DNA of 64,000 bases from Gordius albopunctatus (lineage: Eukaryota), in NCBI GenBank assembly GCA_964276515.1, contig OZ193909.1, positions 15,686,001-15,750,000 of the forward strand, given 5' to 3'. Position 1 is the first letter of the stretch, and every line of letters starts with the position of its first letter. The notes under the pieces were generated by a model, which was not told where the DNA came from, did no database searches, and saw only the letters and a program-made list of their open reading frames with translations. A program made the position numbers and the translations under genes. This document shows positions 1-12,200 of this stretch, piece after piece.

Positions 1-96
1 CTCAGTTTAAAAGTATGTAAAAAATTGAAAAGATTACATTGTATGATAGAAATGGAAATAAATTGATAATTATGAAAAAATGCGCTAAAGACATTT

Positions 97-235
97 TCAA
101 ATTCCGGTATCGAACCAATTGCCAGTTAAGAGCCTCCGTTGTGAATATTATTCATGACCTGCATGCCTGGGTGATGTTGCCCGCCCTGGTGTTGAGCTTG
201 TTGTTCGTATGACATGGGCATGATCATGGCTTGAC
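97..235 (-). CDS. ctnnb1: Terminal beta-catenin exon of copy A; WFDT motif out of frame
   Basis: Acceptor ccatacag at 236. The frame [13 protein letters not shown]...HNGGS stops at 128-126. TGNWFDTGI* (to 97) follows in a different frame and resembles the canonical AWFDTDL C-terminus. Confidence 0.8.
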
Positions 236-3200
236 CTGTATGGAGGTAGGGCAAACAGTACTTTAAAATGATATATTAGTAATCTAATAAAATTAAACTT
301 TTTTCGTCATTTAGCGGAGGAAAGCGGACGTCCCCCCTGGCTACGCCCATGTTAAGCTCCACAGATTATAAAGGGCTCCAAAACAATAAAAAAGTTTATA
401 GGGGGAGGCATTTCGTAAAAAAGTAAAGGCTCTAAACATATTCACATCCTATTCTTTTTATTATTACCACTCACCCACCGCTAAAACGACACTGTTTTCA
501 CAAGCAACACTTAGTATTTAAAGCAAAAAATATTCCTCGCTAACAACGAAACTTTCCAACTTATGAAAGCTTTTTTAAATATTCAGACACCTTATTTGTA
601 ATTTTCCCAAAATGTCCATACCAATCAAAATGGTGTTTTGGCTAAATTACCTCCAGCATGTTGTTGATTGCCGAAGTGCACCAATGAGGGCGTCATAGGG
701 GCGTGGTCGGGCGGTCCTCCTGGATGATCCGGATGCCAATTCTGAGCGGGTGCGGATTGGGGGGCCTGACCCCCACCGAAATGTTGCTGCTGAGGGTTAG
801 AATGCTGATAGTGCTGACCGCCTCCCGCGTTAAAATGAGACGGAGCCGTGGGGTGGGGCTGTGAAGGATGAAATCCCCCATTACCCAAGGGCACGCCAAA
901 CTGTGGGGGTGGAGCAACGGCTGAGGGTGGAGGGCGGGCGGATCCAGAAAGGGGCGGGCCACGCATCATCAGCATGTTAGATGGAGGTGGGTGGGGTGCG
1001 GGCGGTGGAGCAAAGTAATCAGAAGAGACCTAAAAAGGTGAAAAATAGCGTAGATGCAACGCTAAATATTGACATCTAAACTCATTAAATTATTTTGGTA
1101 AGCTTGATTTAAAAATAAGTTTGACTGAGCCTATCAATAATATATAAAAGATTTTATACTCTTCCTCAAGTTATTAAGGCCACTGCTATCTTTGTACATA
1201 TAAAAATTTTGTAATTTATATGAAATGTTGTATTGGCAATTACGTTATTTGATATAATGAAACTGGTGTTAAACAATCCAATAAATTGCTCGATAAGGTT
1301 TTAAAAGATATGAGGGCCCAATAAAATTTTAAATAAATAAAGTATATGGTGTCCTTTATAATTAAGAGAGAGGGTTATATAAAATTATTTCAAATTGATA
1401 AGAAGAATAATAAATTTTTCTTTCAAATTTTGGCAATCTTAGGATATCGTCTATTTACACTTTTCCATATAATTTAGGGTTATGAACCGCTTTTTAATTA
1501 CCTATTTTTTAGTTCTAAAAACAAAATGTTAATTTTAGTAGTTCCTCGCTTTTAAATTCAGTGTATGTAAGCTAGTATTCCCATTAAATTTATGCAAAAT
1601 ACACTTTGTATTTTATAGGTAGGGAGAATTTTGAAGGGAATGCAAAAATATAAGAGGAGAGGATCTACATAGGAACGGTAAAGGCGAGAAGCCTAAAAAA
1701 TTCAACTAGGACACACTCACCAACGACCTTTTGTGGGTATATCTTGATAAAAACTAGGCAAATAGCGAGTTATCAAGAATTCACCCTCTGTTAAAATGTG
1801 TGTAACCGAAAAAAATTAGGTAAAATTTTAAAAGAAGCACACAACCACGTCAAACATGTTTTTCGTATATTTTACTTTTTGCTGCCTTATACCGTCTCTC
1901 GCTTAATTTGAAAATTTAATATTCATATATCTCCTAGCAAGGGCGTGGCGAGCATTCGAATTAAAGGGGGCACTAATAACTTGGGGGGGGGGGGTCAAAT
2001 GATCATTTTTAAAATTTTAGCCATAATTTAGAGGGTGGCAGCCGCCCCTCCCCTAGCTACGTCAATGTCTCCAAGTATAGTGAGGAGTGCTAAGTTTGTA
2101 AAAAGCCAAAAGTTATAGCAGTTATTGGAAAAAGAGACAAAAGCCGCTAGGGCCAGTCTATCTGGTAAGTGTTAAAATTCGGGACCAGCATCTAAAAACC
2201 CTACTTGAAACATATAAAACAAAACAAATACGTTCAATCGCGACAGTTTCCTTAATTTTTGGAAATCTTAATGCACAAATCATGTCAATCTTAAAACACA
2301 CGCATACACTCAAAAAACTCAAGAAAAGTGGAATTATAGCCAAAATGGCGCGGAGAAACACAGAAATTAATGCCCATTACCTTCCCCGGTTCATACCGCC
2401 CATGCTGAGCGGCTCCGTAGATGTTATTGGGATTGTTACTGTTATTGTTGGTGCCAGAGAGGGTGTGGGTATTGAAGAGGGAAGTGTGTAGCTCCAAGGA
2501 TTGTCTCTTCTTGTAATCTTGAGGTTTATGCTCGGACATCCTAAATAGCACGGCTGCCGCGTACGTCGCTACAATTGTTTGCGTTTACAAGGAAAACATT
2601 GAAATTTAATGAAATAAATTTTATAAAAAGGGATGGGGGCTTTGTTTGGTCAACCCTAGGTTCAACTAAGACCAACGGTAGATTCTGGTATGTTTATGTT
2701 GACTAAAACCAAAAGTCGATTTACAACAGTACAATTTTCACATAATTATATAAATACATATTTTGAGGTGACATATACAAAAATGAGCAAAAACTAAGGC
2801 TGGACCATAATTAACGACGCCGGTGAGGTCGAGTTTAAATAAACTATAGCACACCTCTTCTTTAATAAGTTATCTCTCAGTATCGCTATGATTTTTACGA
2901 TTCCCTAACAATTTTGGGCCTATGATGGATTCTGCTGACAACGACAAAAATACGTCATTAAGAGAACAACTACATACATAATTTCTCCTGCCACCTCTTG
3001 TCTCATTAAATTTTGGACAACTTAGAGAGCTACTGGGCGCGCTGCCAAAACCGATAAACATGCGACCCCTCCGTATAATTACACGCCAAGCCTTTCCCTT
3101 CGCCAGCAAGAGACATTCTGCCTGCAAAATACATTTTCCAACCTAAAATATTTTCTAAGTTTTCGAACGCTCACTTTATACGTGTCAACTCTTACGTCAG

Positions 3201-6200
3201 CGTCAATCCCTTTAAATTACTGAGCATTTGAATCAAAATTATTGAGCATTAAACTTACCAACATCTTCATTGGGAGAATGCAAAAGATCGGTTAGGGGTG
3301 TGGTGGCCCCTTCTTGTTTAATCAGTTCGACAACCTCCTTTTCAGTGGCCAATTCATAAAGCAGAGCCACCGTCGATCTTTGTAAGTCCTCGATGTCCGA
3401 ATACAAGAGCTAGGCAAAACAAAATCGATCGATCGATAAAACACCAATATTTTTACATTTCACCGAGATGTATATATAGTATTGCCGCGCGACAAAAAAA
3501 TAAATACCGCAAAAAATGGTTTATGAAATATTCCGCATAAGCGAATATGCGAAGGGGTGAATAAGATAGATTGATACTTGACAGCAGTGGTAGTAGTAGA
3601 TTCTTAATTCCTAGTGTTAAAGAGAAGGGAGGGAGACCTCAAGTTTGGGGTAAGATTGTCAATGTAAATAGCTAGTATTCCCATTAAATTTATACAAAAT
3701 ACACTTTGTATTTTATGGGTAGGGAGAATTTTGAAGGGAATGCAAAAATATAAGAGGAGAGGATCTACATAGGAACGGTAAAGGCGAAAAGCCTAAAAAC
3801 TAGACAAATAGCGAGTTATCAAGAATCCACCCTCTGTTAAAATGTGTGTAACCGAAAAAAATTAGGTAAAATTTTAAAAGAAGCACACAACCACGTCAAA
3901 CATGTTTTTCGTATATTTTACTTTTTGCTGCCTTATACCGTCTCTCGCTTAATTTGAAAATTTAATATTCATATATCTCCTAGCAAGGGCGTGGCGAGCA
4001 TTCGAATTAAAGGGGCCACTAATAACTTGGGGGGGGGGGGGGTCAAATGATCATTTTTAAAATTTTAGCCATAATTTAGAGGGTGGCAGCCGCCCCTCCC
4101 CTAGCTACGTCAATGTCTCCCCCTAGAGACAAAAGCCGCTAGGGCCAGTCTATCTAGTAAGTGTTAAAATTCGGCACCCGCATCTAAAAACCCTACTTGA
4201 AACATGTAAAACAAAACAAATACGTTCAATCGCGACAGTTTCCTTAATTTTTGGAAATCTTAATGCACAAATCATGTCAATCTTAAAACACACGCATACA
4301 CTCAAAAAACTCAAGAAAAGTGGAATTATAGCCAAAATGGCGCGGAGAAATACAGAAATTAATGCTCATTACCTTCCCCGGTTCATACAGCCCATGCTCA
4401 GCGGCTCCGTAGATGTTATTGGGATTGTTACTGTTATTGTTGGTGCCAGAGAGGGTGTGGGTATTGAAGAGGGAAGTGTGTAGCTCCATGGATTGTCTCT
4501 TATGCTCGGACATCCTAAATAGCAAGGCTGCCGCGTACGTCGCTACAAGTGTTTGCGTTTACAAGGAAAACATTGAAATTTAATGAAATAAATTTTGTAA
4601 AAGGGGATGGTGGCTTTGTTTGGTCAACCCTAGGTTCAACTAAGACCAACGGTAGATTCTGGTATGTTTATGTTGACTAAAACCAAAAGTCGATTAACAA
4701 CACTACAATTTTCACATAATTATATAAATACATATTTTGAGGTGACATATACAAAAATGAGCAAAAACTAAGGCTGGACCATAATTAACGACGCCGGTGA
4801 GGTCGAGTTTAAATAAACTATAGCACACCTCTTCTTTAATAAGTTATCTCTCAGTATCGCTATGATTTTTACGATTCCCTAACAATTTTGGGCCTATGAT
4901 GGATTCTGCTGACAACGACAAAAATACGTCATTAAGAGAACAACTACATACATAATTTCTCCTGCCACCTCTTGTCTCATTAAATTTTGGACAACTTAGA
5001 GAGCTCCTGGGCGCGCTGCCAAAACCGATAAACATGCGACCCATCCGTATAATTACACGCCAAGCCTTTCCCTTCGCTAGCAATAGACATTCTGCATGCA
5101 AAATACATTTTCCAACCTAAAAGATTTCCTAAGTTTTCGAAAGCTCACTTTATACGTGTCAACTCTTACGTCAGCGTCGATCCCTTTAAATTACTGAGCA
5201 TTTGAATAAAAATTATTGAGCATTAAACTTACCAACATCTTCGTTGGGAGAATGCAAAAGATCGGTTAGGGGTGTGGTGGCCCCTTCTTGTTTAATAAGT
5301 TCGACAAACTCCTTTTGAGCGGCCAATTCACAAAGCACACCTGCCGCCACTCTTTGTAAGTCCTCGATGTCCGAATACAAGAGCTAGGCAAAATAAAATC
5401 GATCGATCGATAAAGCAACAATACTTTTACATTTCACCGAAATGTATAACTTTATTGCCGCGCGACAAAAAAATAAATACCGCAAAAAATGGTATAAGAT
5501 AGATTGATACTTGACAGCAGTGGTAGTAGTAGAGTCTTAATTCCTAGTGTTAAAGACAAGGGAGGGAGACCTCAAGTTTGGGGTAAGATTTTCAATGTAA
5601 ATAGATAGGGATAAGTTAATTTTGTCTATAATTTAAAAAGTTGTTACGATTAAAAAAACTTGTGAATACATTTTTAACAATTTTATCTACGAATTAAATC
5701 CATTAAATAAAATTTTTACCGATAAATTTAAAAGTTGAAATACGCTAAAATCGCTGTTTTTGGCAACTTTGACAGCGAATATCTAAAAAAATTGACGTAT
5801 TGGGAAAAACTAAAAACATATTTGTGTTCACAGTGAAAAACTCTACAAGAACCTGCAAACAGTTTGCCGGTTAATTTTTCTTGTTGAACCGTGTAATCAG
5901 ATTAATTCGGCTAAAACCTATTCTTTTTTGCTTGTGATTCGAAAATAAAAACTGACATAACGTTTTTATTCTTATAAGAACTCATCTGCCATGGTGTTTT
6001 TTTATCGTAAAATTTTACCTAAGCAAGGAACAAAAAAATTTAAAAAATTTTTTAAATATAATCAGTTTACAAGAAAAGGCTGATTTTTTCAAGTCCGACT
6101 GCAATTTTCAACCCAGATCTTGGCTGCCAATTAACCAAGTACTTATAACTAGGCACGAGGCATACGTTAAAAGCGGCCTTAGCACACCAGTTCAGTTGGC

Positions 6201-9200
6201 CTTTATATTTAAAAGAGTGCGTTAGAGAAAATGTGATTAAAAGAAGAAATGACAGCTTGCGGCCTGAATCAAAATATTTTGAATTTTAAGTCATCATACC
6301 TATCTATACCCTTCGGATAATTGCGAGATCCTACAACTTAGTTTTTCAAATATGGTAAGCTTGCCATTAGATCAGGTTTGAAAAAGTTAGAGTTAAATCC
6401 AAAACTATCAACATAACACATTTATTTGCAAAAGACTATATACATCTTAACGACCAATCGTCTATAAACAGGTATGGGGTAGACAAAAACCAAACAAAAT
6501 TATAAGTCCAAATCAAGCAGCGCGGCCCGCTCCAGTTTAATTTATGCCAAAACGTAACTCGACAATTAGATTTAATAATTCGTCAAGCTGAAGAACACGA
6601 GTTTATACTGGATAATTTAGGTGCAAAATCAATAAATATCGATTCCTTCTCCATGTCAATATTTACTTATCGCAAATGAAGGCCCCCAAAACTTCAAATC
6701 TCATCTATGAACCATGATGCGTTTCAAACCCGTTTTTACAACAACCAAAATGTTTAAAAAAATGTCACAAAAATATAGCCACTGAAACTCTAACATGCAG
6801 GCTAGCGATAGATGCAAGTCGCTAAATACCGACACTTTCAAACGGGATGGGGGGGCGCGTGCGAAAGTGAGTATACCGTACCTGCACGAAGATGGGTATG
6901 ATGTTGAGTTCTCGTATTAAAGCCCGATTAAAGGCATCCCTAGCCAATACGTGCATCGCATCCACGGAAGCCTCCATAATCTCGTCCATGATGAGCGGGG
7001 AATTTCGCTGTTCTTTGCCCGGTTGCTTACACTGCTGTTGCCCTGCTTGGTTGGGCAAAGATTTCTGCATACATATTTATTTTCAAAAAACATAATTTTA
7101 ATTACCAGTCCTATCCTGTTTGTCTTGTCCGCGTTAGTTTACAACACAACTTTCAATATGTGTATATTTTATCGAGAGTATGAAAGATGTAAATTCAACA
7201 TACTACACGCGAGGTCATTGCTAAAGTAAGGTTACGTTTGGATCCGTATAATGTTTGTCTTATTGACAATTTGGAATTTTCCAAAAAAAAATTTTAATCA
7301 CCCAAAGTGAGGTTTATAAAGGATTTCAACATGGCGAAAAATCTGGCATTTAAATTAACTTCGCACGAATAACTAACAACCTAAAGCCGCGACAAATCGC
7401 TTGACAGAACTTTATGCGCTTTTCAAAAAGTGTAAATATATCAAATATGTTTGGATAATTCTCGAATTTCCTATTCAAAAACGCCTAATACGTGTCTATA
7501 ATTTACGGTTTTATGAAAACCGCGTAACATTCAAAATATATACGTCACGATTCGGTAATGTAGGAAAGACATCAAAGATGGCGTCGTCCACCCTTACTCA
7601 ATATTTTAAGTTAAGGGAAGTTTACCCTGGAATAATTTTGGTTGGCACGCATCGAAATCTGAGCCATCTTGGGCAGAGTCCCTTGTTCTCGCAGGGTTGG
7701 GTGATTCGAGGGGCAGCAAGCCAAATTTCTGATAACTCTGATAACAGCCTAAACACAGCCACGAGGCAAAGCACAGAAAATTAAGGATATACATCCCGGG
7801 GTTTTTATATCGACATCAATAATTTTTGAAATTACTTTTATGAATGGCCAAGAGCTGGGCGGGTTCAAAAGTTTCACCAAAATCGGGATCCCATTATGGA
7901 TTCTAACAGCATTTTGCGCGTTCTCAGATTCCGGGTGTCGCCTAGTTAAGTGTCTCAGGGCACACACCTAGAGTAATGTATTTCATAAAAATAACTTAAT
8001 AAATTACTGATCGCTTTGTAATATTTTTTACAAAGTTAAAAGTGAAAGTTTATAGTTATATATCTAATTATAATAAAAAATCCTACAATTATATAATAAT
8101 AATATGATATAAAAAACATTATATAAGTGATATCTGCTATGTCTTCATCTTGGTCTTTTAGAAGAGGCCAGGAATCCAAAAAAGATTTGAAATTAAATTT
8201 TGCGAATAAAATTCCTACCGATTGTTTGAGTAAAAATGCGGGGGAATATTTAAAGGGAGGGGATCGCTCGCCTATTTCTATGAATAAAGCCAAGGCCTGT
8301 ATTTCATGCGCTTGAGTTTTTGGGGAAAAAACATGAAAAGAGTGGCATTTTATTACATGTTATCACACTACAATATTTTTGGTGGATGTGATAGGCATTT
8401 GCAAGTAAGGGGACGGGGTCAATATAAAACGATAAAGGGGCTAATATGCAATTTACAGAAGTTTCGGTGATTTCTTCGAGATCGGGGAAAGGGTGGACCT
8501 CTTGTAGCAAGTCCTGCACGCCCCCGCAATCGAAAACGATGGTAGTAAAAAATTCTGAAATCATGAGAATCTAGGTCTTCTTGTATTAAATTATAAAATG
8601 AGATTTTTTAACAAGAGCCCCTTGCTCAAATGGAAAGGATTCATGTCATGCCATAACTTGGTGATTCTTACGAAGTTTAAATAATATTTTTACAATAACA
8701 GCAGGCATCAGTTTGATAAATAATTTAGCGCCTTTGTTAAAATCTAGAGCAATTGTAGGCAGGGGTTTGTCCCGAACACCTGAACCCGAACCGGGTAAAA
8801 CCCGATGTTTTACTGAAGCCGAACCCATTTTTTAGAATTATCACGTCTTATATCTTAAGAAATCTAAGCCATTGTGTGTATGCACCTCCATTTATCTACT
8901 TCAGAGCAAATACCCGAATCACTATTGATATCCATCTTTACAGGCTTTTATTAATCACATTAATTAGCTAAATCTTACTAAGTGCGGACAATAAAACAAG
9001 CGTTGTACGCTTTTATGCATTCAATGTTTTTATACACTTTAAGTCTGTAAGTAAGCCACACGCATATAGCAGACTTTGGATGCCCAAGGACCGCAACACC
9101 GCAGATCCAGGAGACATCTCTTTCGAGCTCCCAAGTTTAGAGAACATCGAGGAGGAAATAGACTTAGGCTTCTGGGAAAGCGAAAATATTAGCATAAGCG

Positions 9201-12200
9201 AAGGGGAAAACGAACCAAATCCCTAGACACGTGACCGTGCCACTATATAAACGCTTCCAAGGATCACACCGTCATTCGCTAATTTTTCTCACTCACACTA
9301 ATTGTTCCCACGTTTATACGCTTTCTGCCCCCTTTTACTTTTCGTTACATTTTTACCCTAAAATTTAAGTTCACCCTTTCTCAGTAAATGACAAAAGGGA
9401 GAAATGTAACCCAGGGAGAGCCACCAATAGCCAGTCCTCCGTTGAGCCCTGTTAGACCAGGGGTTCCCGGTGCGGGCCTAACGGAGCTGATTACACAACT
9501 CGTGGAATTTCAAAGGGAACAAACCAGAAACAACGCCGAAGCGGCGCGAGCAAATCAAAGGCAGATCGATGCCATGAGAGAGATGCTGGAGAACTCTCTC
9601 TCAGTGGTGGGCTCCTTAGCGAGACAGGAGCCCACCCCAACGCTGCCAGCACCGTTGCAAATGCCGTCAACGGTGCAAATCGTGCCAGCCCCAGAACAGC
9701 CTAAAACGCCGGCAGCCATTTGCGAGGACATCGCCAAGCATACTCAGGGGCTTAGTGAATTACTTACAGACCCGGACCTTAAAGTCCAGAAAAGGGACCG
9801 GCACGAGGCTAAGTATGCGATCCTCATGTCTCAAGTTTGCACACCATTATCCCCTCTGGAGGTCCTAACAGCGCACGACAAGCAATTAAAAACACTATGC
9901 CTAGCGATCAAATTCAATTGGGCTACAGCCATCCGGCACGATACCACTTGGTTATCAGATATGGGCTTCCAAAACGTGGAAGTAGCAGTTCCTAAATAGC
10001 CAAAGAAATCGTTTTTTCCGAGCGCTGGCAGGGGCCAAGGCAGCAAGCCGGGCCGACACTTCAAGAAGAACGCGGCCCCTGCCCCGCGTTCGTAAACTTC
10101 TGAAGCAAACGGTAAACAAGTGGGAGTACGGGCCTTCGGGCGTACCGACTCTCACTGGGGACGAAAGCCACAAGGCTCCTGACTGGTGGAGGAAGATCAA
10201 GGACTTCCTCAAGGAGACACGTCGTCAGCTTTTTTCCCCTGCACCGAACAACCATAACCATAACCAAAACCACCCCACCACCGCCAGAGGTAGAGGAACG
10301 CATCAACCCTACTGAAGAACCCACGGAAGGTGACGAGAGCAGCATAAAACGCTCTTTAAATGGGGGAAAACCAGCACTACCCAGAAACCCACGGGAAAGC
10401 TGGACATCAGAACGTCCCGACTCAAACCACACCCATTGATGTCGGAATTCACACTCAAAGTGGCGTTCGAAGTGTTCAAACCTCCACTGGACCTCCCCAA
10501 AATACGGCAGAATGGCGGCTTATTCAAGCCAGACAGATGGAGGCGCACATCAAAAGGGTCGCCAAGCTACTTTACGACTTTGAAAGAAGAGTCCGTTGTT
10601 TCCGAGACGCAAGCGCTCGCGGTCACGTCCTCCACCTTCTTCATAGCTAAGAGCAATGGGGATGCCCGAATAATCACCGATCTATCTGAAGCATCAAAGA
10701 ACTTCAGACATCTTCCGGTCAAACTGGCAACAATCCCATTGACGTCTAAATCTCTGGCAAAAGCAAACTACGCCGCAAAAATTGACCTCAAAGCGGCTTT
10801 TTCAGCATCCCGCTATATAACAACTACAAAAAATACTGCGGATTCAAATGGAGAGGGAAGCTGTTTCAATACAACGTCTTACCAATGGGAGCTTCCTTCA
10901 GTCCGTACGTATTACAAACCATTGTGGCAGACCTCGTAAAAGCCTCGGTCAAGCACTGCCACTACAACGTCTACTTAGACGATATCCTCATCTTCGCACA
11001 AGACGAGGACGACGTAGCAACCGATCTGGGAGAAATAGCAGAGATGGCCAAGGAATGGGGGCTAACGATCAATACGGCAAAATCCTCCATTATGCCTGAA
11101 AGGGAACTCAGCTACCTGGGGTTATTGCTCAACTTCGAAACACACACGATCAGCTGCTCGGTAGAAACGAAAGCAAGGCTTAATTACGCAGCCGACCTCC
11201 TCTACCTGTACCTGTCAACAAACGTCCCCCAGCTGACTACACCATGTTAGAAGCCTTGGGGGTAATGAATTATTTTTTCTACAATCTCACGGGAATGTCG
11301 AAGCTCCTCACGGCCTTCTACGCGGTGTCAACAGGGAAAGGCACTGCACACGACAGACCATTAGCACGAGGCAAGCTCGCTGGATGCCTAGCACTGCTCG
11401 AAACAACCATCCCAATACACGAGGACCATGACACAACAATCTATGCTGACGCATCCGATACACATATCGGAATATCATGGGAAAACATCAAGTTCTCGGT
11501 CTCGTTCGAACAAGCAGCAGACGTGATAGGCTTGGATTGGGTAAACACAAACCACATCACTGCAGCAGAAACATTAGCAGCTATTTACGCGTACCTGGTA
11601 GCCACCCAAAACGGGGCCCGATATCCAAAGGTGGTCACGGTCTCCACCACAGCCTACTACGTGCTTAGGAAGGGAGGGTCCAACTCCCCGGTGGTAGAAA
11701 AGATAATAGCCAGCTTCGTAGCAACACACAGCATCTCACACAAGGGCGTAGCCAGGATTTGCTAGAGGGGGGGGGGTTTAAAATTTTTGAAGCCATATTT
11801 TTTTTTGGAAGTAATTTTATTTTCGACATATATTATTGAAAGTAAAGTAAAAATACAACAAAAATAAATTATAATATAACAAAATATTTAAAAACTATAA
11901 ACAATTAATATCGACGTTTTTTAGATAAAAATGCATTAATAATATCTTCTGTTTTGGGGGTATATTGTCTATGTAGATTTAACAAGGTTAATCCAGTAAG
12001 CCTAAATTAAAAATTAGTAAAACCATTTAATTTACCTTTCTTGTCCCATTGTGTTCCTGAGGTAAGCTTTTAGTCTTTTTAAAGCTGAAAAAATCTCTCA
12101 TTAGAGCATGTTGTAACGGGGAGTGTGGCTAAAATATGGTATAATGTTTTTATATTTGGATGTAATTTTAATTTGGACGCATGATTGGTTAATGTTTCCA

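Noticed and set aside
2870..3127. Repeated 85-aa [13 protein letters not shown]... (also 4844, 61434, 63515) as a gene family
   Set aside because: Intronic sequence with a non-ATG start, copied along with the beta-catenin duplications; no recognisable domain.
7401..7784. 127-aa plus-strand ORF and other short antisense ORFs
   Set aside because: These are shadows of beta-catenin exons, introns or TE ORFs, with no independent evidence.
9068..11740. Ordinary LTR or canonical DIRS retrotransposon
   Set aside because: No protease, integrase, tyrosine recombinase, LTRs or ITRs are visible, and the gene order is permuted. Affinity to the DIRS group is not excluded.
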